From Tubulanus polymorphus (lineage: Eukaryota > Animalia > Nemertea), in the NCBI RefSeq assembly GCF_964204645.1, contig NC_134032.1:6684275-6748274 (forward strand): a stretch of DNA of 64,000 nt, given 5' to 3'. The first letter of the stretch is position 1, and each line of letters opens with the position of its first letter. The translations under genes were made by a program, and so were the position numbers. Shown here piece after piece: positions 1 through 11,176 of this stretch. The notes below the pieces were generated by a model. That model had not been told where the DNA came from and did not search any database. It saw nothing but the letters and a program-made list of their open reading frames with translations.

Positions 1-1132
1 GCTCAATATTTGTTACGTATATCCGATGAATCGTTGTCCCGAGTTCGTTCTAACGAGGTTCCATCGTATATATTGTATTTAATTTATGCGTTGGTCTATT
101 TTTTTCCAGAAACCTGTCGCTCAAGTAATGCGCGGCCCCATTGTCTTGTCTTTAGTTCATGTACCAGCCTAAGCCACTTTTATGATACACGGAATGCAAT
201 TTTTTTTCTCGTAAATTCTGCGAAAATCAGATATCGTGCGCAAGCTGTTTTCATTCGAACGAAATCACAGGAGAGAAGTGTTATTGTTCAGTAATGAACA
301 ATAGCCTGAACAAAAGCTCGCAGCCTTATGCGGCGCGGTGGCTGTGATCACGAAGAGGCGTCAGAATAATCTTCGTTTATCTCGTGCCCTCACAGGGTTC
401 TTACATCAGGGGAAATCAGGGAATTCCTGGATTTATGTTGATAAGCGAAACCCACTTTTGATGATGAAAAAGTTTGTTCTAACAGTTTGGCGGTTTTAAC
501 TAACCCCATCATCAGAGAAACGAAAACAAAATACCATTTGGGAATACTGACATTTTTCTTGTGAATCAGAGGAAAATATCTGCCTCTGTCTTTACCCTTT
601 CATCTCCCTCTCCGTGACGTTCCACCTCTCCCTTCATTACCGTCTCCCTCTCTACTTTTTCCTCTCCGTTCTCTGGGTGCTCACTTCAGCGGACTTTTAA
701 AGGATTTGCTTAGCCCTCATTGAAATGCAATGTATACACCACATTCATTTTTAACGAAAATCGAAATGCGATGAATAAATTCGTTTTCCAATTGAATGTT
801 ACGATTTTTTCGAGATCGTGTAGTTTCGAGTTCTGTCGTAAATCCAACCTGAAAATAAACGAATCGATGGGTTTATAATCGGCCTTAATGTGAACCTTTA
901 ACGCTCCTGAGGCAAGTAAGGATCCGCCGGATGTTGCTCGTAGATACTCGGCCTTCCGCATCTTTCCTACATTTCTTTCAAATGAAGTAGTTATTGATGA
1001 AAACTATACCAATCACTGAGTAGTAATATGAATTGAATAATACATCTAATAAGTTTACTAAGTCTGGCCCCATCATTGATTGACTAAATAAGGCCCACAA
1101 TTAATTGCTCTTTATTGCAAAACCACGAATGG

Positions 1133-1270
1133 CTACATAGAAAAGGGCCATGCTAATAAAGTGAATAATGAAGAGTTGCAATCCCTTGGTAAAAGAGTAT
1201 GGTTTCTTCCCCACCATGGTGTAGTTAACCCCAATAAACCCGACACTGTCGGGGTAGTGTTTGTCGCTGC
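1133..1270 (+). mobile_element. BEL/Pao LTR retrotransposon pol fragment (degenerate)
   Basis: Translates YIEKGHANKV...KRVWFLPHHGVVNPNKPDTVGVVFVAA, matching the BEL/Pao pre-RT motif WYLPHHxVxxPxKPxKxRVVFDxxA. Confidence 0.75.
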
Positions 1271-1569
1271 AACTCTATTACCTCGGTGTGTCATTAAATC
1301 AGTATTGCAATTGATTCGGGAGCCTGAATATCCAGTTCGAAATTCATTGATGATGAATCTGAAAACGAAAGACTGAGTACTTGGTGACGCCATATGGCCG
1401 GATACCTGGTGTTGCAGCTCCCTAGACAAGCATTCGTTAATCAGACCCACCTGCAACAGGAGCACCGAGGCAAATATCCAAATCCTCCAAAACATATACT
1501 ATATGCAAATGACATGTATATATATTCGCTTCCAAATTGTTCGAAAAGAACGAGTACGAGTTAACAACC

Positions 1570-1871
1570 GTAGCCTGACAATAAAATGCCGATAGAAGTG
1601 CTGACTGCAAGGGCTGCTATATAACCCTTCAAAATGGTATAACACCCACTTGAATCGCCAGTAATGTGTTCAGAACTATGTATGATGTGAATGTATCTAT
1701 CCCGGGATGTTTGATCACCAATGAAACGATTATGCGTGCAAAAAGTTTTGATAAACCCATCGCTGTTAAAGTAAATCCCGCCTGTTCCGGATATATCTCT
1801 AATAAAGCTCTAGTTCCAGATACGATGTGCACATATAGAATAGATAATCCTACATGTAACAGAAATGTATG
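1570..1871 (-). pseudogene. MFS/SLC16 (monocarboxylate transporter-like) exon remnant, 3' part, interrupted by the Gypsy insertion
   Basis: HTFLLHVGLSILYVHIV...EQAGFTLTAMGLSKLFARII resembles MCT TM7-TM9; stop at 1629-1631, with hydrophobic sequence continuing in a shifted frame. Confidence 0.65.
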
Positions 1872-2741
1872 TGTGACAGAGCTTTTCCTCACGAACCCAG
1901 GTTACGGAGCTTTTTCTTACAATTGCTCTTAACCTGCCCTGTCGGATCTATTATAAATCGCTCGAGCCCCTGACGGCGGATCTGCATGCAGGACAAAAGA
2001 GGTTCGCACGAAGCGACGGTTGTCTCCTCAGTGATTCCTCTCCGACGAGGCGCGGAAATACGATCCTTACAGCTTCCTCCGTCCGACGACGCCGACTCTA
2101 AATAAACATAACATAAGATCGAAATTAAATACGATCGAGTTTATTTACATACAGCAGGAAGAAATCAAACCATGTCGTTTGATTTCCTATACCAGAGTGG
2201 AGACTATACAACACACTAAATAACTATTTATATAATATTCACATACCTGACACAGTCTAATAATTTAATTAATTCAATATTCAAACACACTTAATAAAAT
2301 CACTTGTCTAAGACTTGATAAATTATTAACATGAATTAGTACCATTTAACTTCCAAACTTACCTCCAAACCTTCCAAGACTTCCCACAAATATGGCGGTC
2401 AAGGTCATACAAAAACCCGGGAAATTTCCTTCCAGGATAAAACCCATCAAAAACCTCTTACTCCAATAAAACATGGCCTAACACGACTATATTATGACAA
2501 ATAATGAGTACCGTATTATATTAGTTATATCAACTTACCTAAATAAACATAACATAAGATCGAAATTAAATACGATCGAGTTTATTTACATACAGCAGGC
2601 AGAAATCAAACCATGTCGTTTGATTTCCTATACCAGAGTGGAGACTATACGACACACTATAAAGAGGGCACACTAAGTGGAGGCGCCACTATACAGTGCT
2701 ATTAAAGAGTCCTCATACATCACCCGAATCACTCTCTCACA
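1872..2741 (-). repeat. 3' LTR of the Gypsy element
   Basis: tgtgacagag...ctctctcaca; no differences from 9461-10330 seen by eye. Confidence 0.97.
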
Positions 2742-2752
2742 CTCTCCCGCTG
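2742..2752 (-). other. Polypurine tract (PPT)
   Basis: Minus strand reads cagcgggagag immediately before the 3' LTR. Confidence 0.7.
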
Positions 2753-3241
2753 CTAAAATGATATAGTCCCTATATTTAACAACTATGATGAAAGCCAGCA
2801 CGAATTTTCCAGTTAACTCCTATAACTAAAACTCATTTCACAGTCACTTGAACAGAAACAGGTCCTTGATGACCCCTTAACCTCTTAACATACTTAGATC
2901 GAGAATATAACCCTGATTATAAAAGGGAAATCTTGATTGATACAAATAAGCCCTAATATTAAACTCCTGACAGCTAATTTGGAATTCCAGATTCGGTAAA
3001 TAGAGGGAATGCCCGCAATCAATAGATTCACTTTCACACCCTAATTACGCGTGTTTTACAATTTTTTTTTCAAACAACCCCATACAGAACTGTCTGAACC
3101 ATTAAAAATATCTCATCACAACCTGACAAGCAATTTAAAAGAAAAAAAAAAAAACAACAACAACAACGACGCATGTCTTTTTCCCATTTACTCGTCATAA
3201 TACCAATAACAGTTACACTAATAATATTTCGCAATTACCTT

Positions 3242-6200
3242 CTACCCCTTCCCCTCTTTCAAAAATGACGGCCACACCGTAATAACACCTCCAGTCAAAA
3301 CGAAATCTCCTAATCGAACTGGTAATCGCCGTACACGAGTAGACCTACGGGGTACAACCTCTTCAGCTTCGTCATCCCCAACGACGTTTTGATCCATAAC
3401 GTCGATTTCAACACGATTGCTTCCAGGCTCACCGACACCCAAATCATCCTGACTTATATCTAACATAGGATCTGGACTCACTAGTACCGAAACTGGAGAA
3501 TCAATTTCCTCATATGACCTGGGTATACCAGATTCATTTCCGGGTTCAGTCCCAGCGGGTACTGTAGTCCTTACGCAGTTTTCCAACGCTTCGGCTTCAC
3601 CCTGACTTGTCGTAGGAACCACTTTTGGCGTATCATCAAATTTCCTCTGCTGGTGGCTAACCCGAAGCAATAATTCCTCCCCTCGTTCATCCTCTTCGGA
3701 TTCTTCGGAGAGCGTAGATTCCCCCAGAACAACTGCTGACTTTGGACTTTTCAATTCCTTGGACAGATTGCTGGCACTAGAAGTTGATTCCCTCAAAGGG
3801 AAGGGCAAAGCATACAACATATTTCGGTGTAAGGTTCGGTGCTTTCCTGTTCTCAAACTCTCAACCACATATACTGGGAAGTCTTCATTAGGCTTATGTA
3901 CTACTACATAATCCTCATCTATCCATCGATCCGACAATTTATTTTGAGCATTTGGGCCCACGTTTTTCACCAGCACTCGATCGCCGCTCTGTAGCACTCG
4001 GCCTTTCGCCTTAAAGTCATAATACTTACCGGACTTAACTGCGGCCTTCTCTATCCTGTCACGAGCCAATTTCCATACCCTTTCGATATCCTGTTGGAGC
4101 TCTTCACCAAATTTCGTTCGACAATTCAATTTATCCAATCCGAAAACTCGATCCAACGCCAAGACAGGTTCCCGTCCGAACAACAAGTAGTATGGACTAA
4201 CTCCTACAGTACTATGGGGGGTGCAGTTGTATTGCCACACCACCTTTTGCAAGAACTCTTTCCATTTGCCTTTCTGATTGGGTTCTAAAAGGGACAAGCG
4301 TTGAATCAGTGTCCCATTCATCCTCTCAACACACCCATTTCCTTGAGGATGGTAAGGAGTAGTACGGCTTTTGTCCATTCCTAACAACTGACAAAGTTCC
4401 TTTATGACTTCACTCTCGAAATTCCTTCCCTGATCACTGTGCAATCTCCGAGGAATTCCATATTTCACGATGAAGTTGTCGAATATGGCTTTAGCAGTGG
4501 TTCTCGCTAGCTGGTTCTTAGTCGGAATCACGACGGCAAACTTCGAAAAATGATCCGTTAATACTAACAAGTTCTCAAATCCTTGCGACGGTTCCAGCTT
4601 GAGGAAATCCATACACAACAATTCCAAGGGTTCCGAAGTTAGAATGGACTCTAATGGTGCCTGTTGAGTTGGAGACTTATTGAGAACACACCTGCGACAG
4701 GACTTCGCATACCGGTCTATATCCGAAAACATTCTAGGCCACAGAAATCGGGACTGGATCACGGACCACATTTTATCCTTACCTGTGTGACCTAATGCTT
4801 CATGCGCGTAATACAAAATTACATCTTTCTTGTCCTCAGGAACCAGAGCCTGCACGTATTCCTTTCCATCTACCATCTTCTTTCGAACAACCATGTCCTC
4901 CACAATCGCTAGAGAAGGAAAATATTTCACGAAACGTTGTTCCTCCCGACTATCTGGCCGAAACTTCTTCTTAAGGATTATACATTGTTTTAATTTCCTG
5001 ATTACCTCATCCGATTCCTGAAGTTTCACCAGGTCCTCTTTCGGTAACTGAGTCGTCCAATGATCGATGTCGTCCAGGACGCAGGTAGGAACCGCTGATG
5101 TAAACGCTGCCAAACATACCGCTCTCACCACCTGTGATGACACCCGCCGGCTGAGAGTATCCGCATCAATCATTCCTTTCCCCGGGGTATACACCATATC
5201 CAGATCATACACTGAAAGAGACTGAAGCCACCTGTGACTAGCCGCGTCTAATTTAGCACTATGCAGCACATAGGTTAATGGATTATTATCCGTTTCAACA
5301 GTACAAGTGTGCCCGTACAAATTATCGTGAAAAACATCCGTCACAGCCCACTTTAACGCCAGAAATTCTAACTTGTGAATTGCGTACCGAGCTTCAGAAT
5401 CTTTAACTGCGCGACTTGCATAACCAATTACTCTTCTGCAACCGTTCTGTTGCTGATACAAGACGGCTCCTAATCCTTGAATCGATGCATCCGTCCTGAG
5501 AATAAATGGAAGCTTGTAATTCGCGAACCCCAGAATCGGAGGGTTAATTAAACATTCCTTCAATCGTTGGAACGATTCTTCAGCCTTCTCATTCCAATCC
5601 AGCTGACTCTTTTTAACTCTCCCTTTCGAATCTTTCGGAACACCCTTCAACTTGTCCGTTAACGGCTTTGCGATACGTGCAAAGTTTTCAATAAAGCGTC
5701 GGTAGAAACTGGCAAATCCGAGAAATGAACGTAACTCGCTGATTGTTGTCGGTCTTTCCCATTTCCGAATTGTCTCCGTTTTCGCTGGGTCCGTCCGAAT
5801 ACCCTTTTCGGAAATAACATGCCCTAGATAATGAACTTCTGGTTTCATGAAAACACATTTCGATGGTTTGACCTTTAACCCCGCCTTCTCCAGCCGACGA
5901 AATACTTCATTCAGTCTTTCTATATGTTGCTTCGCCCCTTTTGAAAAAACAATTATATCGTCAATATAAACGATACATGTACGTAAGTTCAAGTCCCCTA
6001 GCGCTCGCTCCATCAGCCTCTGAAAAGATGCGGGTGCACCGGTCAGACCAAATGGCATCTTATTAAATTCATAAAAACCGAAGCCCGGTCCCACGTTAAA
6101 GGCCGTCTTCTCCCGATCTCGACGTGACATCTTGAGCTGCCAGTACCCGGATTTCAGATCTAGCACAGTAAACCGATCGCACTCGGCTAGATTATTAAGG

Positions 6201-7372
6201 ACCTCATCAATTCGAGGAAGACTATATCGATCCGGTATTGTTTTCTTGTTCAACTCCCTATAATCTATGCAGAACCTGAGCTCGCCATTCTTCTTTCGAA
6301 CCAATACCACCGGACTGGAGTAAGGACTACAGGAATGTCGAATGACTCCCGCATCCAACATCATCCGCAAATGTTGCCTCACTTCTTCGACCATCCCGGG
6401 AGGTATCCTTCGATATCGAAGATTGACGGGTTCTTCATCAGTCAAACGAATCGTATGTTCGAATAAATCAGTGGAGCCTAGCTCTAAGTCATTGAGCGCA
6501 AAAACATGCTTCCATTTCACCAACAACTCCTTAAGCATGGTCTTCTCAACTTCTGTCGTAACCCCTGTGAGATCCACACTTTTAAAGAACTCTTCATCCG
6601 AAACTTCGGTCTTCGACTCAACTCGCCCATCCGTCTTTTCTGACTTATCGTCAACTGTAACTTCATCCACTCGAACCAGACTACAAACCGGTTTCTGGGT
6701 AGGTATACTTACATCTTGTTCGCTACTGTTACGGATCCGGACTGAAACGCGACAGCATTTCACATCGGGGAGTGAACTTACCGTGGGAATCACGATTAAC
6801 TTCCCAGAAGCTCCTTTGAGGTGATTATCAGTCATCACTACACCCCCAACACCATCGGTTCTCACCATTCCGTGTACCGTGACTTCTGTCCCTGCTTGAA
6901 TAATCCGTATGTTTCGTGTCGATCTAACCGTACCTATTTTACAATCCCTTTTCTCAGAAAACGGCAACCCAGACATCCGTTGTATGACATTGGTTCCAAT
7001 TAGAAATGGTACTTGTTGATGGTATTCCGTGGACTCTACAACCAATGCTAACACATCCAGCTCTTGTTCCCTGTATTTTATAGAAATTGATACGTAACCA
7101 TCAAAAGGTAGTCTATCTCCACTTACAGTGTGGACCTCCAATTCTTCAACTATATCTGAAAGCGGATAAATGTTCACATTCGGAAGTGATTCCCTCACAA
7201 ACGATCGAGAAACAGTTGTTACCATCGATCCAGAGTCAACCAAAGCTCTACAAGGTACTTCATTTACTGCAATTTCAATCTCATTGGGAGCTCCAACTAA
7301 TTGGGAAAGGTTGAGGCCTATATTCCCGGCCGAACGTCGCCTCCCTTTGGTATCGACCGGTTGTCGTTTCCC
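3242..7372 (-). CDS. pol: Pol polyprotein (aspartic protease, RT, RNase H, integrase), probably translated by -1 frameshift from gag
   Basis: ALVDSGS protease; RT YIDD with MPFGL; RNase H TDAS/KLEFLAL/TDNNPL; integrase HHCC and D-D-E (MDF, HSDQG, VER); the open frame extends upstream of 7243 to the slippery site. Confidence 0.97.
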   Translation of the reverse strand, partial: GKRQPVDTKGRRRSAGNIGLNLSQLVGAPNEIEIAVNEVPCRALVDSGSMVTTVSRSFVRESLPNVNIYPLSDIVEELEVHTVSGDRLPFDGYVSISIKYREQELDVLALVVESTEYHQQVPFLIGTNVIQRMSGLPFSEKRDCKIGTVRSTRNIRIIQAGTEVTVHGMVRTDGVGGVVMTDNHLKGASGKLIVIPTVSSLPDVKCCRVSVRIRNSSEQDVSIPTQKPVCSLVRVDEVTVDDKSEKTDGRVESKTEVSDEEFFKSVDLTGVTTEVEKTMLKELLVKWKHVFALNDLELGSTDLFEHTIRLTDEEPVNLRYRRIPPGMVEEVRQHLRMMLDAGVIRHSCSPYSSPVVLVRKKNGELRFCIDYRELNKKTIPDRYSLPRIDEVLNNLAECDRFTVLDLKSGYWQLKMSRRDREKTAFNVGPGFGFYEFNKMPFGLTGAPASFQRLMERALGDLNLRTCIVYIDDIIVFSKGAKQHIERLNEVFRRLEKAGLKVKPSKCVFMKPEVHYLGHVISEKGIRTDPAKTETIRKWERPTTISELRSFLGFASFYRRFIENFARIAKPLTDKLKGVPKDSKGRVKKSQLDWNEKAEESFQRLKECLINPPILGFANYKLPFILRTDASIQGLGAVLYQQQNGCRRVIGYASRAVKDSEARYAIHKLEFLALKWAVTDVFHDNLYGHTCTVETDNNPLTYVLHSAKLDAASHRWLQSLSVYDLDMVYTPGKGMIDADTLSRRVSSQVVRAVCLAAFTSAVPTCVLDDIDHWTTQLPKEDLVKLQESDEVIRKLKQCIILKKKFRPDSREEQRFVKYFPSLAIVEDMVVRKKMVDGKEYVQALVPEDKKDVILYYAHEALGHTGKDKMWSVIQSRFLWPRMFSDIDRYAKSCRRCVLNKSPTQQAPLESILTSEPLELLCMDFLKLEPSQGFENLLVLTDHFSKFAVVIPTKNQLARTTAKAIFDNFIVKYGIPRRLHSDQGRNFESEVIKELCQLLGMDKSRTTPYHPQGNGCVERMNGTLIQRLSLLEPNQKGKWKEFLQKVVWQYNCTPHSTVGVSPYYLLFGREPVLALDRVFGLDKLNCRTKFGEELQQDIERVWKLARDRIEKAAVKSGKYYDFKAKGRVLQSGDRVLVKNVGPNAQNKLSDRWIDEDYVVVHKPNEDFPVYVVESLRTGKHRTLHRNMLYALPFPLRESTSSASNLSKELKSPKSAVVLGESTLSEESEEDERGEELLLRVSHQQRKFDDTPKVVPTTSQGEAEALENCVRTTVPAGTEPGNESGIPRSYEEIDSPVSVLVSPDPMLDISQDDLGVGEPGSNRVEIDVMDQNVVGDDEAEEVVPRRSTRVRRLPVRLGDFVLTGGVITVWPSFLKEGKG
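7306..7372 (-). promoter_or_regulatory. -1 programmed ribosomal frameshift signal (G GGA AAC plus predicted H-type pseudoknot)
   Basis: Heptamer GGGAAAC at 7372-7366 in the correct gag phase, 5-nt spacer, stem CCGGUCGA/UCGGCCGG; loop AAAGG-GAGGC can pair with downstream GCCUC-aa-CCUUU. Confidence 0.8.
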
Positions 7373-8694
7373 TCCTTAGGACAATTACGTCTCAAGTGCC
7401 CTTTCTCCTTACAACCATAGCATCTCCTCTCTCCCAACGGTACAAATGTTGGACGGTCTCTTGGCCCACTCTGCCAACGACTGCCCCGCCAATTCCTATA
7501 CTCGAGTTTCTCTTCCTTCAAGGAAGCTATCTCCTTCTCCATTTTGTTGAGATGTTCCAATACTTGCTGCATTTGTTGCGCCAAAGATGCAGTGCCGACT
7601 TCGGTTTGGCTGACCCGAGCCTGTTGATTATAAGACCTCCGGGGAGAATTTTTCTTTCTCCCGTTTTCGATTTCACATTCACTATCTGCCTTTCTGGCTT
7701 CAATGACTAATTTTCTAAAAGAGTAACCAGGTTCCTTGTAGTGTCGGATAGCCATTTTCAAGGGAACAGATCTCAATCCCCGCCAGAACTGAACCTTGAG
7801 AGTCTCATCGTTTATATAAACTGACCCGTGTCCAGCTGCTTTAACTTTACTGGCTATTTCCTCGACTCGAGCCGACCAATCAGCAACAGATTCCATTTCC
7901 TCCTGTTTCGCGGAATGGAATTTGACCATGATCTCCTCTGCAGACAAAACCTCTCCGTAGACCAATTCCATCTTATCCACCACCTGTTGCGTAGTAGGCT
8001 CATTATCCCCATCATACAGATTGGTAAGTATCCTGAGCGCAGAACCTCTCAACGACCCGCGAATTAACCGCATGCACATTGCTTCATTCAATGATTCATC
8101 ACGGATGAGTCCTTTGACTTCCTGACGCCACTGTATATATGATACTTCCCCTTTATGTTCAGATCCACTAAAAACGAATAGACGAGGTGACTGCACGGAA
8201 ACATTCACCTGAGGGGCGTCCCTAACGTCTACGTTTTGCTGAACCAGAGGTGCAGGTTGATTAATAAAAGAAGCACCCAAGTCCTCGATTTTAGGGGAAT
8301 AGAGACTAGGCTTTTCCTCCCAACACCCGGCGGCGGATACTAATTTGTCCACCAACCTACTTTGTGTGGTTCTGGGAAGACTAGAAAAAGTTTTCACCAT
8401 CGCGTCTAAATCGCTTTCAGCCTTAACAGCATCATGCAATATCTTATTTTGAGACATGTCAACGCCCCGTACTGACAATTTAATTACCTTACTGCCAACA
8501 GTTACGGAATGAAAGTGAGCCTCATGACTACGTCGAGCACTCTCAACTAATTCAAAGATAATATAAACACCCTCAGGAGTTGAATATGTAGCCACAATAA
8601 CACCACAGGTTTTGAAATACTCTTTGCAAAATTCCACAGGGTCAGCGAGAGATCCAATTCCACCCACAAAAACGGACCTTTCGTGCAGTGACAT
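7318..8694 (-). CDS. gag: Gag, PNMA-like (N-terminal RRM-like domain, capsid, coiled coil, CCHC zinc knuckle)
   Basis: SVFVGGI/GVYIIF RNP-like motifs; FSG...EVSYIQW...IRGSLRGSA capsid; KQEEMESVADWSAR MHR-like; CYGCKEKGHLRRNC. Confidence 0.93.
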   Translation of the reverse strand: MSLHERSVFVGGIGSLADPVEFCKEYFKTCGVIVATYSTPEGVYIIFELVESARRSHEAHFHSVTVGSKVIKLSVRGVDMSQNKILHDAVKAESDLDAMVKTFSSLPRTTQSRLVDKLVSAAGCWEEKPSLYSPKIEDLGASFINQPAPLVQQNVDVRDAPQVNVSVQSPRLFVFSGSEHKGEVSYIQWRQEVKGLIRDESLNEAMCMRLIRGSLRGSALRILTNLYDGDNEPTTQQVVDKMELVYGEVLSAEEIMVKFHSAKQEEMESVADWSARVEEIASKVKAAGHGSVYINDETLKVQFWRGLRSVPLKMAIRHYKEPGYSFRKLVIEARKADSECEIENGRKKNSPRRSYNQQARVSQTEVGTASLAQQMQQVLEHLNKMEKEIASLKEEKLEYRNWRGSRWQSGPRDRPTFVPLGERRCYGCKEKGHLRRNCPKEGNDNRSIPKGGDVRPGI

Positions 8695-9440
8695 CCCTGG
8701 TTAATATTTTGATCCCACTATTAATGCGTATCCCAAGGTTCGGTATGACCCTGACTACAACCAAAGCACAAATTAATTATCAATGACATGCAAATATGCA
8801 ATACAGAAGCTTTTAGACATGCGACATACAAAACAACACATTTAGTTATCAAACCAACTAATAATAGATGCCTCAAACAATATGCAATCAAATGATGTAA
8901 GCACCAATCTATGGCACACAAACAAAAAAAAAAAAAACAAAAAATGAAAAATATTTAAATAATAGCAATAATGGTAGAATAAAATAATAATGAAAGCTTG
9001 GCAGCGCCAAAGATTATACAAACTGAATGGAGATCTAATACAAAATAAACACACAAAAAAAATGAAAAGAAAATGTCCAAGACCGAACAATCTGCAGCAG
9101 TCTTAACACCAACTAAACATAAATGTATCTCAATCTGAGCAAAGTAACATAAACACCAACATAAACACAGGACAACACATGCGCACACAACACAGCTATA
9201 GCAAGTTAACACAAGAATCTGCTCTACTCTCCAGCCACCTAGCGACGTATATTTTCGTACTCACTATTTGCTGAAGACAAACATCGAATTCGAATTTACA
9301 CCGGTTTTTTTTGTAGCAGTCGTCCAAATCAACCACTTAATAACAACCAGACGTCCGGTCGACCGATTAACGGCGGCAGGCGGTTATACGTTTCCTTCAC
9401 GGTAACTTCGCCTTCCGTGTACCGAGCAATTTCCAATGAT

Positions 9441-9458
9441 ATCCGGGCGGTGCCTCCA
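9441..9458 (-). other. Primer-binding site, probably tRNA-Thr(AGU)
   Basis: TGGAGGCACCGCCCGGAT, 2 nt after the 5' LTR; matches the complement of the animal tRNA-Thr(AGU) 3' end as recalled (TGGAGGCACCGCTGGGAT) at 16/18. Confidence 0.8.
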
Positions 9459-9460
9459 AA

Positions 9461-10330
9461 TGTGACAGAGCTTTTCCTCACGAACCCAGGTTACGGAGCT
9501 TTTTCTTACAATTGCTCTTAACCTGCCCTGTCGGATCTATTATAAATCGCTCGAGCCCCTGACGGCGGATCTGCATGCAGGACAAAAGAGGTTCGCACGA
9601 AGCGACGGTTGTCTCCTCAGTGATTCCTCTCCGACGAGGCGCGGAAATACGATCCTTACAGCTTCCTCCGTCCGACGACGCCGACTCTAAATAAACATAA
9701 CATAAGATCGAAATTAAATACGATCGAGTTTATTTACATACAGCAGGAAGAAATCAAACCATGTCGTTTGATTTCCTATACCAGAGTGGAGACTATACAA
9801 CACACTAAATAACTATTTATATAATATTCACATACCTGACACAGTCTAATAATTTAATTAATTCAATATTCAAACACACTTAATAAAATCACTTGTCTAA
9901 GACTTGATAAATTATTAACATGAATTAGTACCATTTAACTTCCAAACTTACCTCCAAACCTTCCAAGACTTCCCACAAATATGGCGGTCAAGGTCATACA
10001 AAAACCCGGGAAATTTCCTTCCAGGATAAAACCCATCAAAAACCTCTTACTCCAATAAAACATGGCCTAACACGACTATATTATGACAAATAATGAGTAC
10101 CGTATTATATTAGTTATATCAACTTACCTAAATAAACATAACATAAGATCGAAATTAAATACGATCGAGTTTATTTACATACAGCAGGCAGAAATCAAAC
10201 CATGTCGTTTGATTTCCTATACCAGAGTGGAGACTATACGACACACTATAAAGAGGGCACACTAAGTGGAGGCGCCACTATACAGTGCTATTAAAGAGTC
10301 CTCATACATCACCCGAATCACTCTCTCACA
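9461..10330 (-). repeat. 5' LTR of the Gypsy element
   Basis: Direct repeat of 1872-2741, adjacent to the PBS; TATA-like tatataaata on the minus strand near 9814-9823. Confidence 0.97.
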
Positions 10331-10470
10331 TATGTAAAACTAATGTCATGAATATTTTCCGCTTAAAAAGATCCAATTGATGAAGAACGCGAAATGCGTT
10401 TGAGTTATCACCATTGTACTGCTCCAATAGCGAGTCTTGGTTTTTCCCCTGTTGTATAAGTAGTTTAATT
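10331..10470 (-). pseudogene. MFS/SLC16-like exon remnant, 5' part
   Basis: ...RVLHQLDLFKRKIFMTLVLH joins in frame across the TSD to TFLLHVGLSILYVHIV (MCT-type post-loop motif). Confidence 0.62.
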
Positions 10471-10822
10471 ATTTGACAAGTGACGGAACAGAAGTCCTAG
10501 AGAACTTGTTGAGATGCGATACCACTGATTATCAAACAGCATCCGCGTCAACCGTACTGTTTCAAACAGTAAAGATAGAATACCGGGCGAACTGCCGGCT
10601 GTCCTTAAAGCCTGTAAAAGTGCCGCTTGATTTGGAAATCTCGTTACCAAATACGGCCCCAAACTACAAAAGCGGAAAGTCAAGCCACATCCTGAAATAT
10701 GGAAAGGTATGGATTTTAAGTTGATCTGAATATGAATCCTGAAGAACGATATTGAGTTAAGTGTGAGCTGAGGTGAGCTCGATCAATCTTATAAAACCCA
10801 TAATAACAATCGTTCGGAGTTC

Positions 10823-11176
10823 AGCCGCAATGACACGATCATTTTTGGTCCCCGTCAGATAAGGCCCTGGCCAACCGTTTTACGGATACCAGACTGTTTG
10901 ACCCGCCCTAAACATGGTCCCGACAAATTTGGCCCGACCATAAACGTCGGACCCTGCCCGTGCCTTTGAGCACGGGTCATATTATTGTGTCATGGCCGTA
11001 GGAACGTGTTGGGGATGAGCACATGAGCACAGAGGTTTTTTCAGATAATCGATACAAAATATATAACATTTTAGTTACGAGCGATAGATTTTCGCATTGG
11101 CGTATTAGACACGGGCAAACTCCACTCCAATCGGCCAATTCAACCCGGGCCAAGTCGTCCCATTGTGACCGCGGCA
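10823..11176. mobile_element. MITE, diverged copy of the 29008-29336 family
   Basis: Ends gccgcaatgacacg...ttgtgaccgcggc and internal tttggccc motifs shared with the 29 kb element. Confidence 0.55.

Larger units (their letters stand above)
1872..10330 (-). mobile_element. Full-length Ty3/Gypsy LTR retrotransposon
   Basis: Two 870-bp direct repeats with TG...CA ends, 4-bp TSD TATG (1868-1871, 10331-10334), PBS, PPT, and intact gag and pol (PR-RT-RH-IN order). Confidence 0.98.

Noticed and set aside
2753-3241. env or third ORF in the Gypsy element
   Set aside because: Only about 490 bp of non-coding sequence between pol and the PPT
4094-8067. + strand ORFs overlapping gag/pol
   Set aside because: Antisense shadows with no recognisable motifs
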